Assembly: GCA_036867785.1 (NCBI GenBank)
Contig: CP145424.1
Span: forward strand, 682,001 to 746,000
Origin: Plasmodiophora brassicae
Taxonomy: Eukaryota
Direction of reading: 5' to 3'
DNA length: 64,000 nt
Shown: piece by piece, positions 39,530-48,878 of the stretch
Layout: each line of letters opens with the position of its first letter
How positions within the stretch are numbered: position 1 is the first letter of the stretch
The notes under the pieces: model-generated
Seen by the model: the letters and a program-made list of their open reading frames with translations, nothing else
What the model was told of the DNA's origin: nothing
Databases searched by the model: none
Translations under genes and position numbers: made by a program

Positions 39530-42500
39530 ATGTCGGCCAAGCCGCAGAAGGTCAAACGCAGGGTGCTCCAGTTCGACGTCAGCGACGGCAGCTCGAATGA
39601 GGCGGCCGACATCCACAGCAAGCTCAAGGTCTGGGTCGGTGGCAGCGGCCGGTGGGGCCGCCCCGCTGACTGGGTCGTCGCCCCTGTGCAGAGCGAGGCC
39701 GAGATCCAGGAGTTCTCCATGCCGGACGACCTGCCGGAGGTCGAACGCGTTTCCCTGCTGCTCGAGAGCAAGAACGAGCTCCAGCGAATGGCGGGCATCA
39801 CCGCCCTGCCGCGCTGCGTCGCTGAGGTGGGTGGCGCCGCCATCACCACGCTCTTCAAACGGTTCGCGAAGGCGACCCTGAAGCAGGAGCAAACGCAGCG
39901 GACCGAGGTCGGTCCGATGCGCCCCGCCGTTATCGCGTCTGACCGTCGGCCACCACCACCACCACCAGGCCGCTGCCGTCCTCACCCGGATCATCCCCGA
40001 CGTGAACGACCCCGATTTCATCCGGTCGACCTGCGTCCCGTTCATCGAGAAGATCATCGAGTCGGCGTCGGGCGAGGGCGGCGACCAGCCATGGGTGGAC
40101 GCCCTGCTGGCGTGCTGCCCTGCGGGAGGGCCGGCCACGGTTCACGACCTCGCCGAGTACGCCGTCGCCAACGCCGACGCCGGCCAGGAGAAGGTATCGC
40201 GGATGATGGCGTGCCGGCTGCTGGGCGCCGTCTACGCCGCTCTCGACGAGCACCACGCCCTGCTGCCCCGGGTCCTGTCCAGCGTGCAATTGCTGTGCCA
40301 GGACACCGACCGCGACGTCCGGTCGACCATATGCGCCCAGCTGCCCTGTAAGCTCGCGACACAGAGCGGACGACGGTGTGATTGACGGAACGGGCAGTGA
40401 TCGTCGAGCGCGCCGACCTGTACACGCGAGAGAACGTCATCTTCCGGGACATGCTGGAGCTGCTGCAGGACGAGGAGATCTGCGTCAAGGTACGCGTGTT
40501 CCTGCGTCGTGCGCGCGGCTATGAAGTCATGAATATCGTGTGCAGATCGCCGCTCTGGGCGCCTGCATCGACCTGATGCCGTCGATGTCGCCGAACACGA
40601 TCTGGGACCGGATCATGCCCTGCGTCATCCGCCTGTACCGGGAGTCGGAGACGGCCGGCGCCGCCTACGCCGACCTGCGCCTCAGCGCCACGAGGCAGCT
40701 CGGTTCGTCCATCAGACGCGCACCCGTCGCCCCGACGCTGAACGTTCCTCCGCCCAGGGCCGCTTCTGGCACGGTTGCACTCGTCGTCACCGTCGTCGTC
40801 GTCATCGTCGAGTTCCTCGCTGGGCAGTGCGACGTCGTTCCTTGTCGACTACTTCAAGGCCGCCGCCCAGGATTCGAACGCGGCGATCAGGCGCCTGTGC
40901 GCGTACAACATGCCGGCCGTGATACACGGGTGCGGCCGAGGGCACTACTCGGCGAGCATTCAGGCGACGCTGGTCGGCCTGATCAACGACCCCGACGCCG
41001 TCGTGCGGTGCACGATCGCGCACGCGTTCCACGAGATTGTCGTGCTGGTCGGCCGGGACCGCTCCATCTCGTTGCTGCGCCCGTGCTTCTTCAAGCTGAT
41101 CAACGACCCCGACCTCGGCGTCCAGGCGGCGCTGGTCGCCCATGTCGACGAGACCGCCGCCTGCATGTTCCGGGCGGAGGCGTTGCCCGGGGAGACGTCG
41201 TCCCCGAAGAAGACCAGGGCGCGGGCGTCCCTCCAGCTGCAGCAGCAGCCGGAGACGCCGCCGGCGACACAACGCGACCAGACCCTGCTGGCGCTGGACG
41301 AACAGATCCTGAAGGCGCTGCTCGAGTACGACACGCGCCTGGAGCTCAGGTGGCGCGATAGGGAGATACTGTTCCGTCGCATCGGTAGGGGACCGTTTCG
41401 GGGAGGCGGTCGGCGCGGTGCTCAACGGTTCCCGCAGGGTCGATGTGCAATACGCTCAGCGCCGACGTGATCCACTCGGTGTGGACAGAGGCGATGCTGA
41501 GCGCGATGCACAGCGACGCGAGGCCGGTGCAGCTGGCGGCGGCGGCCACGCTGGTCCAGCTGATGCGCGCGCAGCAGCGCTGGGTGACGCGCATCGAGAT
41601 CTGCCAGCACATCATCAACGAGTTCGCGCAGTCCGAGTCGAGCCGCGACCGCCTGCTGTTCCTCGAGATGTGCCCGATGCTCATGGAGCACTTCAGCCGG
41701 CGATGGTTCCGCGGTACGCAGTGCCGCGTGGCGAGCTGCACCACGTGCGCGCCCAGCAAACTCCGCGGGCTTACACCATTCGATGGCAGATCGGATCCTG
41801 GATGTGTCCGTCGGGTTGTGCAACGACGACGTGGCGGCGGTGAGGCGGAAGGCGTGCCAGTTGCTGCCGGATTACAGGCGGTTGGTGATCGGCGCCATGG
41901 ACGACCGCCTGGGCGTCGACGCGATCGGGTCGCCGCGGCAGATGACAACGCCGGAGACGATCATGAAGGTGATCGACCGCCTGCAGCTGGACAGCTGCAG
42001 GGACGTGCAGGACGCGGCCCAGGCGGCGCTGGTCGCGTTGAAGCAGGCGGCGGGTAGCTCGAGCAGCGACCCGGCGTCGGACCTGGCGGATCAGGCCAAG
42101 GAGGCGTCCGAGGAAGCCATCTTCAAAGACGATTGCAGCAGCTTCAGCCCCGAGTTCTTCAAGATCGCCCGGTCGTCCTCCATACCGCATGTCCTCCTTC
42201 AGCAGACGCATCATGACACTGCGGCGTCGGCGTCGGCAACCAGATCAACGCCGTCGTCACCGCTGACGGCTATCGCCAGCAAGAAGAAGTCCCTGGTACA
42301 GGTCAACGTCGTCGCCACTGTCGCACAGAACCTTCGAGCCAAGACTAAGGTACGATTCGGTTGCGCGCGTCGCCACGACGAAAACGGCCTGCTAACGTCA
42401 AGGCAACAGTTGAGAAGGGGGACGTTGTCGAACGCGACAGCGCCGACGGTGCCGCTGCTGCCAATATCGAAGTCGATGTCCCAGCCGCCAGCTGGCGTCA

Positions 42501-42679
42501 TCGCATCGTCACCGGAGACCGCGGTGGCCGCCAAGGCCAAATCGGCGACTTTGCCGTCAAGGGCAGGCGGCATGCCGATCAGCGTCCCGCCGCTGAAGAT
42601 TGGTGCCAAAGGGCAAGCGACCGCGGCATCAACCGCCGGGGTCCAGCTTCTGTCACCTCGGTCTAAGAAGAAGCCCTGA
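39530..42679 (+). CDS. PPP4R4: HEAT-repeat protein resembling PP4 regulatory subunit 4, multi-exon
   Basis: LLCQDTDRDVRS, RRLCAYNMPAV, VRCTIAHAFHE, LRWRDREIL, RIEICQHIINEF..DRLLFLEMC..FSRRWF. Confidence 0.7.
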
Positions 42680-42734
42680 CCTCGTATACCTTAGCCTAAT
42701 AGAGAACGTAATTCCCGTTGATCGACAAAGACCT

Positions 42735-43904
42735 CTATATGTACGATAGGTTGCCAAGGTCGGCATGGGGGGTCCGGCTGTCGCTTTCGTCAACGTCTTC
42801 CAGTTCCGGTTTGTACTCGGCGTGGAGGAAGTAGAGGCCGCAGGGCGGTGCCATGTTCGGCAGGATCGAGCGGTCACGGGCCTCCAGGATACGCTTGACG
42901 TCATCGGGTTCGATGGCGCCCCTGCCAACCTCAACCAGCACGCCCACCATGCTCCTAACCTATGGAATAACGGTAATCAGTACAACGACGACGACATAGC
43001 GACAAGGTTGCTTGTGCACCTGGTGATACAGGAAGGCGTTTGCTGTGACAACAATGTTCAGGAGCGACCCCATCCCAGGGTGCTTTGTCGACCTGACCCA
43101 GATACGTCATTGCATGACAGGCGTGCGCTTGGCAGGCGACCCACTCGAATAGACAATACACGTCCTGTTGCTTGATGTCGAATCTGGTGATCGTCCTTAC
43201 CGGATGCCTGGGCGAAAGGCCCCCCGTCAGCCATCGAGAGGGTGTGCCGTCCCGGAAACCGACCGCCGATACCTGGCCTCACACTTGTGGTCCCGGAACG
43301 ACGAGAAATCATGGGTACCGATCAGGTACTTGCATCCGTCAATCATGCGCTGCACGTCGAGAGTCTCGAAGACATGGTAGACGCGGTTGCGTTCGAAGAT
43401 GGACACCTCGGTGCAGCCGTGCAGGACCCTGTACAGGTAGGTTCGCGATTCGGCCGTCATCCGCGCATGGAATCGCTGTGACACGCGACGGACGTCGGTT
43501 ACGCGAACGTCAGTGAACCGCAGATGCCAGTTCAGCCCTGTCTTCAGGACGTCGGCCGAAAAGGCTTCCTTCTACGACAGCAACGTACGACAGTCAGAGT
43601 GAGTAACCGACGGGGTCCATACGACGCGTACTGCGAGCCCAGTTCTTCGGCACACGCGATCAACATCGACATGGGCGGGTAACGCCAAGGCGTGCACGCC
43701 TTTATCCGTACGGCCGCATCCGACCACAACGCTCGGCTGCTGCCCAGGAAGCATTTTCGCCACGGCGTCCTGCAGGACGCGCTGGACGGTGAACTGGTCG
43801 TCGCGTAACGCCCCGCCTTGCGCCTGCCACCCGTGGTACTGACTGCCGATGTACTGCACGACCAACTTGTACCGAGCCATCCGCGCTGGGCTCAGCAAAC
43901 GCAT
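42735..43904 (-). CDS. truA: tRNA pseudouridine synthase, TruA family, multi-exon
   Basis: RYKLVVQYIGSQYHGWQ, TVQ, GRTDKGVHA (catalytic Asp), FHAR..RTYLY, LIGTHDFSSF, FLYHQVR, MAPPCGLYF. Confidence 0.9.
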
Positions 43905-44225
43905 CAAACCGTCGGGCTTCGTGACGCGGTCCTGCGCAGAGTGCGCCTGCGCAAGTCTCCCACATCGACACGGCCCTAATAAGCCGCCGTTATCTGCGAG
44001 GACGCGCGCCTTAACCCGAAACCGTCTTCAGTTGGGTAGGCTTGTCGCCCGAGGCAGGACGTCGGCATCGTTGTGTTTAGCAGCGACACAATACTGGCCA
44101 GAAGTGCAAGATTCGTATGCAGGAAAGGCTCGGCTCGCTCCAAACGATACTGATGGCGACAGCAACGGTATTCCTCCGCACCCGACACTGGGATGCCTTA
44201 ACACCTGTGGACGGCAACCCAAACG

Positions 44226-44393
44226 AATCGGGACACTGGTGCGACCTCGAGTCCGCAGAGTGCCTTAGATCAGCAATCATAGGGCGCCTCCCACATATAC
44301 CGCGCAACACTGCCGTACGGCGTCCGTGGCGCACCAATCATACATTCTGCTATCTGGCCTTGTCTGGTCTTGTCCGTGTCCTGCGTGCTAATT
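44226..44393 (+). repeat. 5' LTR of outer element (AAT...ATT)
   Basis: Base-for-base identical to 54633-54800 on reading. Confidence 0.93.
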
Positions 44394-44406
44394 GGTTTTG
44401 GGCCCA
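44394..44406 (+). other. Primer-binding site, half-tRNA(iMet)-type
   Basis: GGTTTTGGGCCCA directly after the LTR, one mismatch to the Drosophila copia PBS GGTTATGGGCCCA. Confidence 0.7.
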
Positions 44407-44418
44407 TCCCAAGCCTTA

Positions 44419-44490
44419 CCCCTGTCCCTGTTCCTGTCCCCGTCCCTGTCCCCGTCCCTGTCCCTGTTCCTGCCCCAGCCCCAGTTCCCG
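44419..44490 (+). repeat. Degenerate 6-bp tandem repeat (CCCTGT-like) in outer 5' leader
   Basis: ccctgtccctgttcctgtccccgtccctgtccccgtccctgtccctgttcctg... Confidence 0.8.
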
Positions 44491-44597
44491 TACTGTCCCG
44501 TGTCCCAGCCCGTGTCGTGATCCAGTTCGCGTTGTGACCGCCCGCGCCCCACGCTCGGTTTGTACCCGTCCCTGTCCCCCTGCTCCCGCCGCCCGCA

Positions 44598-45545
44598 ATG
44601 GCGGAGGACTGGAACCAGATCGTCACAAACCTGAACTCTCAGATCCAGCACCTGCAACAGCAACAACAACAACAGCAGCAGCTTCTACAACAACAGCACG
44701 ATCAACTGCTACAACAGCAACAACTACTGCAGCAGCAACCGTCCCCACAACAGCGAATGGTCTCACAGCATCATGTTTCCGAGCCCAAGGTCAAGCTCCC
44801 CCCCATCTACAACGGCGGCCGTGGAGAACTTCGCGGTTTCCTGAACCAAGTCAAGCTGGTTATCACCCAGCGGCCTGCCACCTATGCGACCGACGCTCAG
44901 AAGGTCGCGCTGGTGGGACAGCTGCTGGGTGGTGATGCTCTTCGGTGGTTTAATCCGTTGTTCGAAAAGGACGACGCGGTGCTGACGGAGTTCGTCGCCT
45001 TTATCAAGGCCTTCAAGACAAGGTTCGGTGACCCTCATCTAGCCGAGACTGCGGCACGGAAGCTACAGCATCTTCGTCAGGGCCGAGGCACTGTCGCCCG
45101 CTTCGCGACAGAGTTCCAAAACCTGGTGGCGGACGCCGGGTTCAACGACTCAGCCTGCCGACACATGTTCCGCGCCGGCCTGTCCAGGGACGTGCAGTTC
45201 CTGCTGCTGTCCCTGCCCGTCGCCGAGACGCTTGACGAGCTTGTCATACAGGCAATCCGGTGTGACAACCGCCTGGCCGAGCACCGATCGACCACCGCCC
45301 TCGTTCCTGTCCCTGCTGCCTCCGCCGCCGCAGTGCCGTCCGCTCCTCCCCCAGCCCCGGCCGCCGCGGTTGGGGATCCCATGGTTATCGACGCCGCGAT
45401 CGGCGGTGGGCCCCGCGCGCCCTTAACCCAAGACGAGAAAGATCGCCGTCGTCGCGAAGGCCTATGCCTTTACTGCGGGGTGGCTGGCCATGTCGCAGTG
45501 TCCTGTCCCGTGCGTCCGCAGGGAAACGCCTCCCGGCGTGGCTGA
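44598..45545 (+). CDS. gag: Gag of outer element (Ty3/gypsy, sushi/PEG10-like) with polyQ and CCHC knuckle
   Basis: EPKVKLPPIYNG..LRGFLNQV..KVALV..LLGGDALRW, LRQG..V..FATEF, RRRREGLCLYCGVAGHVAVSC. Confidence 0.88.
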   Translation: MAEDWNQIVTNLNSQIQHLQQQQQQQQQLLQQQHDQLLQQQQLLQQQPSPQQRMVSQHHVSEPKVKLPPIYNGGRGELRGFLNQVKLVITQRPATYATDAQKVALVGQLLGGDALRWFNPLFEKDDAVLTEFVAFIKAFKTRFGDPHLAETAARKLQHLRQGRGTVARFATEFQNLVADAGFNDSACRHMFRAGLSRDVQFLLLSLPVAETLDELVIQAIRCDNRLAEHRSTTALVPVPAASAAAVPSAPPPAPAAAVGDPMVIDAAIGGGPRAPLTQDEKDRRRREGLCLYCGVAGHVAVSCPVRPQGNASRRG

Positions 45546-47757
45546 AATCCCGGTCGGTCGCCACGCCTACCAATACACCTGTTCCATCATGCAACCCCGA
45601 CCACTTCTTTCCCGAGCCAAGTATGATTTCCGCGTCCACCAACCTCGTCGAGCACTTGGACCGTGTCCTAAGCATAGACGTGTCCCTTCAACTCGACAAT
45701 GGCAAGACTGTACAGACGACGGCACTTATCGACTCAGGAGCAACCAACGACTTCATACACTCCGACTTCGCCCGCGCTCACAACGTTCCGCTCACCAAGA
45801 AACCCGCACCGGTAGATCTGGAGGTAATTGACGGGCGGCGGCTACCGAAGGTGGCGCTGGAAACGGCCCCTGTCCGCCTCAGTATCGGCAACCACTCCGA
45901 ATCGATCGTGCTGAACGTAATCGACTCCCCGCGATTCCCGATTATCCTCGGCATGACCTGGCTCTCAAGGCACAACCCGAGCATTAACTGGACACACCGA
46001 ACGATGGAGATTACTCGTGTCGCTCAGGACGCCGCGCGCGAACAGAGCGAACCCAAGGAAGCCATCACAGCCCTAACCTTGCACGACAATGGCGTATTCT
46101 CTCAGCAACCAGACCCACCACCTCAAGACCTCTCGCCACCCACACGACACGAACGGCGGTCGAGGGCCCGTGTTGACAGCGGCAAGGTGCCCTACGCCGT
46201 TCCGCTTCCCGGGGATTGGAACCAAGCCCAGAGTCTCAAGCGTTGGCACCACCGCCTCGGCCACCGTAACCTGCGTGACGTCATCCTGATGGCAAATCAT
46301 GACCTTACCGAATCCATGGAGATCCTGGCACAGAAGGTTGACAGGTTCTGCGAAGGGTGCGCTATCGCGAAAGCCAAGGAACGTCCTTTCCCCTCGGAGT
46401 CCAAAGAAAAACAGTGGAACGTGCTCGAGAGAATCGACGTCGACGAATGCGGACCGCTTCCCGTCGCCTCACTCAAAGGGGAGCGATACTTTATCACGTT
46501 CACGGAATTTGCAACCAGGATGAAATTTACCTTCCTGTTGCACCACAAGAACCAGGCGCTGACCAAGTTCAAGGAGCTCAAGACTCGAATTGAGAATCGC
46601 CTGGAGAAATCCATTAAGATCCTCTTCGGCGACAACGATGGGGTATTCATCAACAACGAGTTCAAGGCGTTCTTGCAGGACAACGGGATCGAGTGGAGAT
46701 CAACGGTGGAGTATTCCTCCAAGCAGAACGGTGTCTCCGAACGGGGACACCTGACGCTCATGGACTCCGGTCGCGCAATGCTCGTACACGCAAGGCTCCC
46801 CAAGCAGTTCTGGGGACCCGCAATTCTGACTGCCAGCCAGGTCCATAATCTCTGCCCCCACCCACGCGATCCCTCGACCACGCCCCATGAAATGCTGTCG
46901 CGCTCGAAACCTGATATCCGCTACCTTAGAACGTTCGGGTGCGACGCATATGGCTACGTCCCGTCCAGCCAGAGAACGAAGCTGGACCCACGCGCCGTGA
47001 AAGGCATCTTCATCGGATATGCAGATCACCAGAAAGGGTACGTCCTCTATCACCCTTCGTCCGGCCTGATCAAGGTGTACCGCAGCGTGACGTTCAGCGA
47101 AGACAGCTTCGGCGGCCGCAGTGCGGACGACGCCCTCGCCGATCCCGAGGAACCTGAGTCTGGATACGACAGCGACTACGTTCCCTCCGGTGACGAACCC
47201 GCTGTCGAGGGGGCGCAGTCCGCCGCAGGCCCCAATGAGGATCCGCGACCTCCCACCGAACGAGCCCGGCGTCTCTCCCGCAAGCCAGACCGTTTAGGAG
47301 ATCCCGTCCACCACGCCTGGATCGCGTCCCTGCAACCTACCAACGACGATCCTATTCACCACATGTGGATAGGTTCCACACATCAATGCGACGACGACGA
47401 TGACGCCGCGCTCAATGCAGATGACCCCGACACTCCAAACACATATGAAGACGCCATGGCAAGTCCCGAGGCAGAGTTCTGGACTAAGGCGATGGCCGAT
47501 GAATTGAAGAGCCTGAAACAGCACAAGACATGGGAAGCCGTGGAGCGACTACCCGTCGGGGCACGCCCCATCGGATGCCGCTGGGTCTACAAGCGCAAGA
47601 TCACCAAGTCAAGTCAGATCCCGCCGGACACCACCTGGGTTCTCCGCCATGACCCCGACGGTGTCACCTCCTACCGGTACAAGGCTCGACTATGCATACT
47701 CGGCTACAGACAGCGCCAGGGGATCGACTACACGAACACCTATGCGCCAGTCGTCCG
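45464..47757 (+). CDS. pol: Outer pol, 5' part (PR, GAG-pre-integrase, integrase, RT N-terminus), expressed by -1 frameshift
   Basis: ALIDSGAT..IILGMTWL..NPSINW protease. WHHRLGH..CEGC, DECGP, GDND, QNGVSER, LRTFGC..KLDPRA..GIFIGY copia-type IN. IGCRWVYK..YKARL..QRQGIDY..TYAPVV copia-type RT, cut by the nested insertion. Confidence 0.9.
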
Positions 47758-47844
47758 TGTGATAACTGAATAAATCCCGAACCCCGCGACGGACTTCGCC
47801 AGTCCGTCAAAGCGTTCGTTGCATCAGCTTGCCTGATCGTGACA
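47758..47844 (+). repeat. 5' LTR of nested chromovirus
   Basis: tgtgataactgaataaat...gatcgtgaca, identical to 53208-53294. Confidence 0.95.
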
Positions 47845-47885
47845 TTTTGACGGACTAACCAACGGTCACCGCCGTCCCGCCCGCC

Positions 47886-47990
47886 CCGTTCCGCCCGCTC
47901 CGTTCCGCCCGCTCCGTTCCGCCCGCTCCGTTCCGCCCGCTCCGTTCCGCCCGCTCCGTTCCGCCCGCTCCGTTCCGCCCGCTCCGTTCC
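47886..47990 (+). repeat. 14-bp tandem repeat (CCGTTCCGCCCGCT) x7.5 in chromovirus 5' leader
   Basis: Directly visible perfect array. Confidence 0.92.
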
Positions 47991-48029
47991 TGCCGTCCCG
48001 TTTCCTGTCCGTCTACCGGTGTGTTCGCG

Positions 48030-48878
48030 ATGACAACGAGCGAGGACCAGATCGCCGCACTGGCAGATCAAGTGCGGGACCTCACGCTCACTGTCAGCGA
48101 CATGCTGCACCAGCTGAAAGCTATGCAGTCCGTAGTGGCCGACCGGGTCGAAGATGCCGTTGGGACAGCGATAAATCGCTCGCTGCCCGACAAGATGCCG
48201 CCGAGCGAGCCGTCGCCGACATCCCGACACATCGTCGACCACCAGATCCACCTGCCCCGCTTTACCGGGCGTATTCGCGACAGTTCCACGAACTCCCGCG
48301 ACTTTCTGAAGTGTCTGTCAAGGACGCTGCAGCTCCCGTCATCGACGACCCGCCTTCCGCCGGCGGCGCACAGCGCCCTTCTTAGATCGCTGGAAGGCCC
48401 GGCGTTGGAAGTCTATTTCGGGCTGCCGGACGACGCCACGATGGCCGACCTGTCCTACGCGATGTCAAAATGGTTTCCGGTGCCGACGTTCGAACAGCTG
48501 GAGGAGTGCTTCGACAACCTCACCCAGACCGAACCTGTCGAAGAGCATGTGTTGATGTTCAACAATTTGTATCAAGCGCTTCAGCGCGCGGATGCAACCT
48601 TCAAGATGAGTTCGGCCCGGCGCGCGTCGAAGTTCCGGAAGTCGCTGCATACTGCCTTGTCGGAAAAACTGTTCGAGGACATGATCACCGACTTCGACGA
48701 GATGGTCAAAAAGGCGAAACACCTCTGCCCGCGCTACCCCGTTCCGAAGGTTGTCGCCGCCGATGCCCGTGAGCGTGCCCGCAAGGACGGCCTCTGCTTC
48801 TACTGCAAAGAAGATGGCCACCGGATCGCGGATTGCCCGAAACGGCCGCCGGTTGCACCGGGAAATGTCCAAGGGTGA
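48030..48878 (+). CDS. gag: Gag of nested chromovirus
   Basis: [35 protein letters not shown] zinc knuckle. Confidence 0.85.
   Translation: MTTSEDQIAALADQVRDLTLTVSDMLHQLKAMQSVVADRVEDAVGTAINRSLPDKMPPSEPSPTSRHIVDHQIHLPRFTGRIRDSSTNSRDFLKCLSRTLQLPSSTTRLPPAAHSALLRSLEGPALEVYFGLPDDATMADLSYAMSKWFPVPTFEQLEECFDNLTQTEPVEEHVLMFNNLYQALQRADATFKMSSARRASKFRKSLHTALSEKLFEDMITDFDEMVKKAKHLCPRYPVPKVVAADARERARKDGLCFYCKEDGHRIADCPKRPPVAPGNVQG

Noticed and set aside
47744-47811. Similarity between the target site (gccagtcgtccg) and the inner LTR (gccagtccgtc) suggesting homology-guided insertion
   Set aside because: The match is short and imperfect in GC-rich DNA, and a clean 5-bp TSD indicates ordinary integrase-mediated insertion.
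47886-47990. Regular repeat array as possible CRISPR
   Set aside because: No spacers, eukaryotic context and no cas genes. It is a simple 14-bp tandem repeat in a retrotransposon leader.
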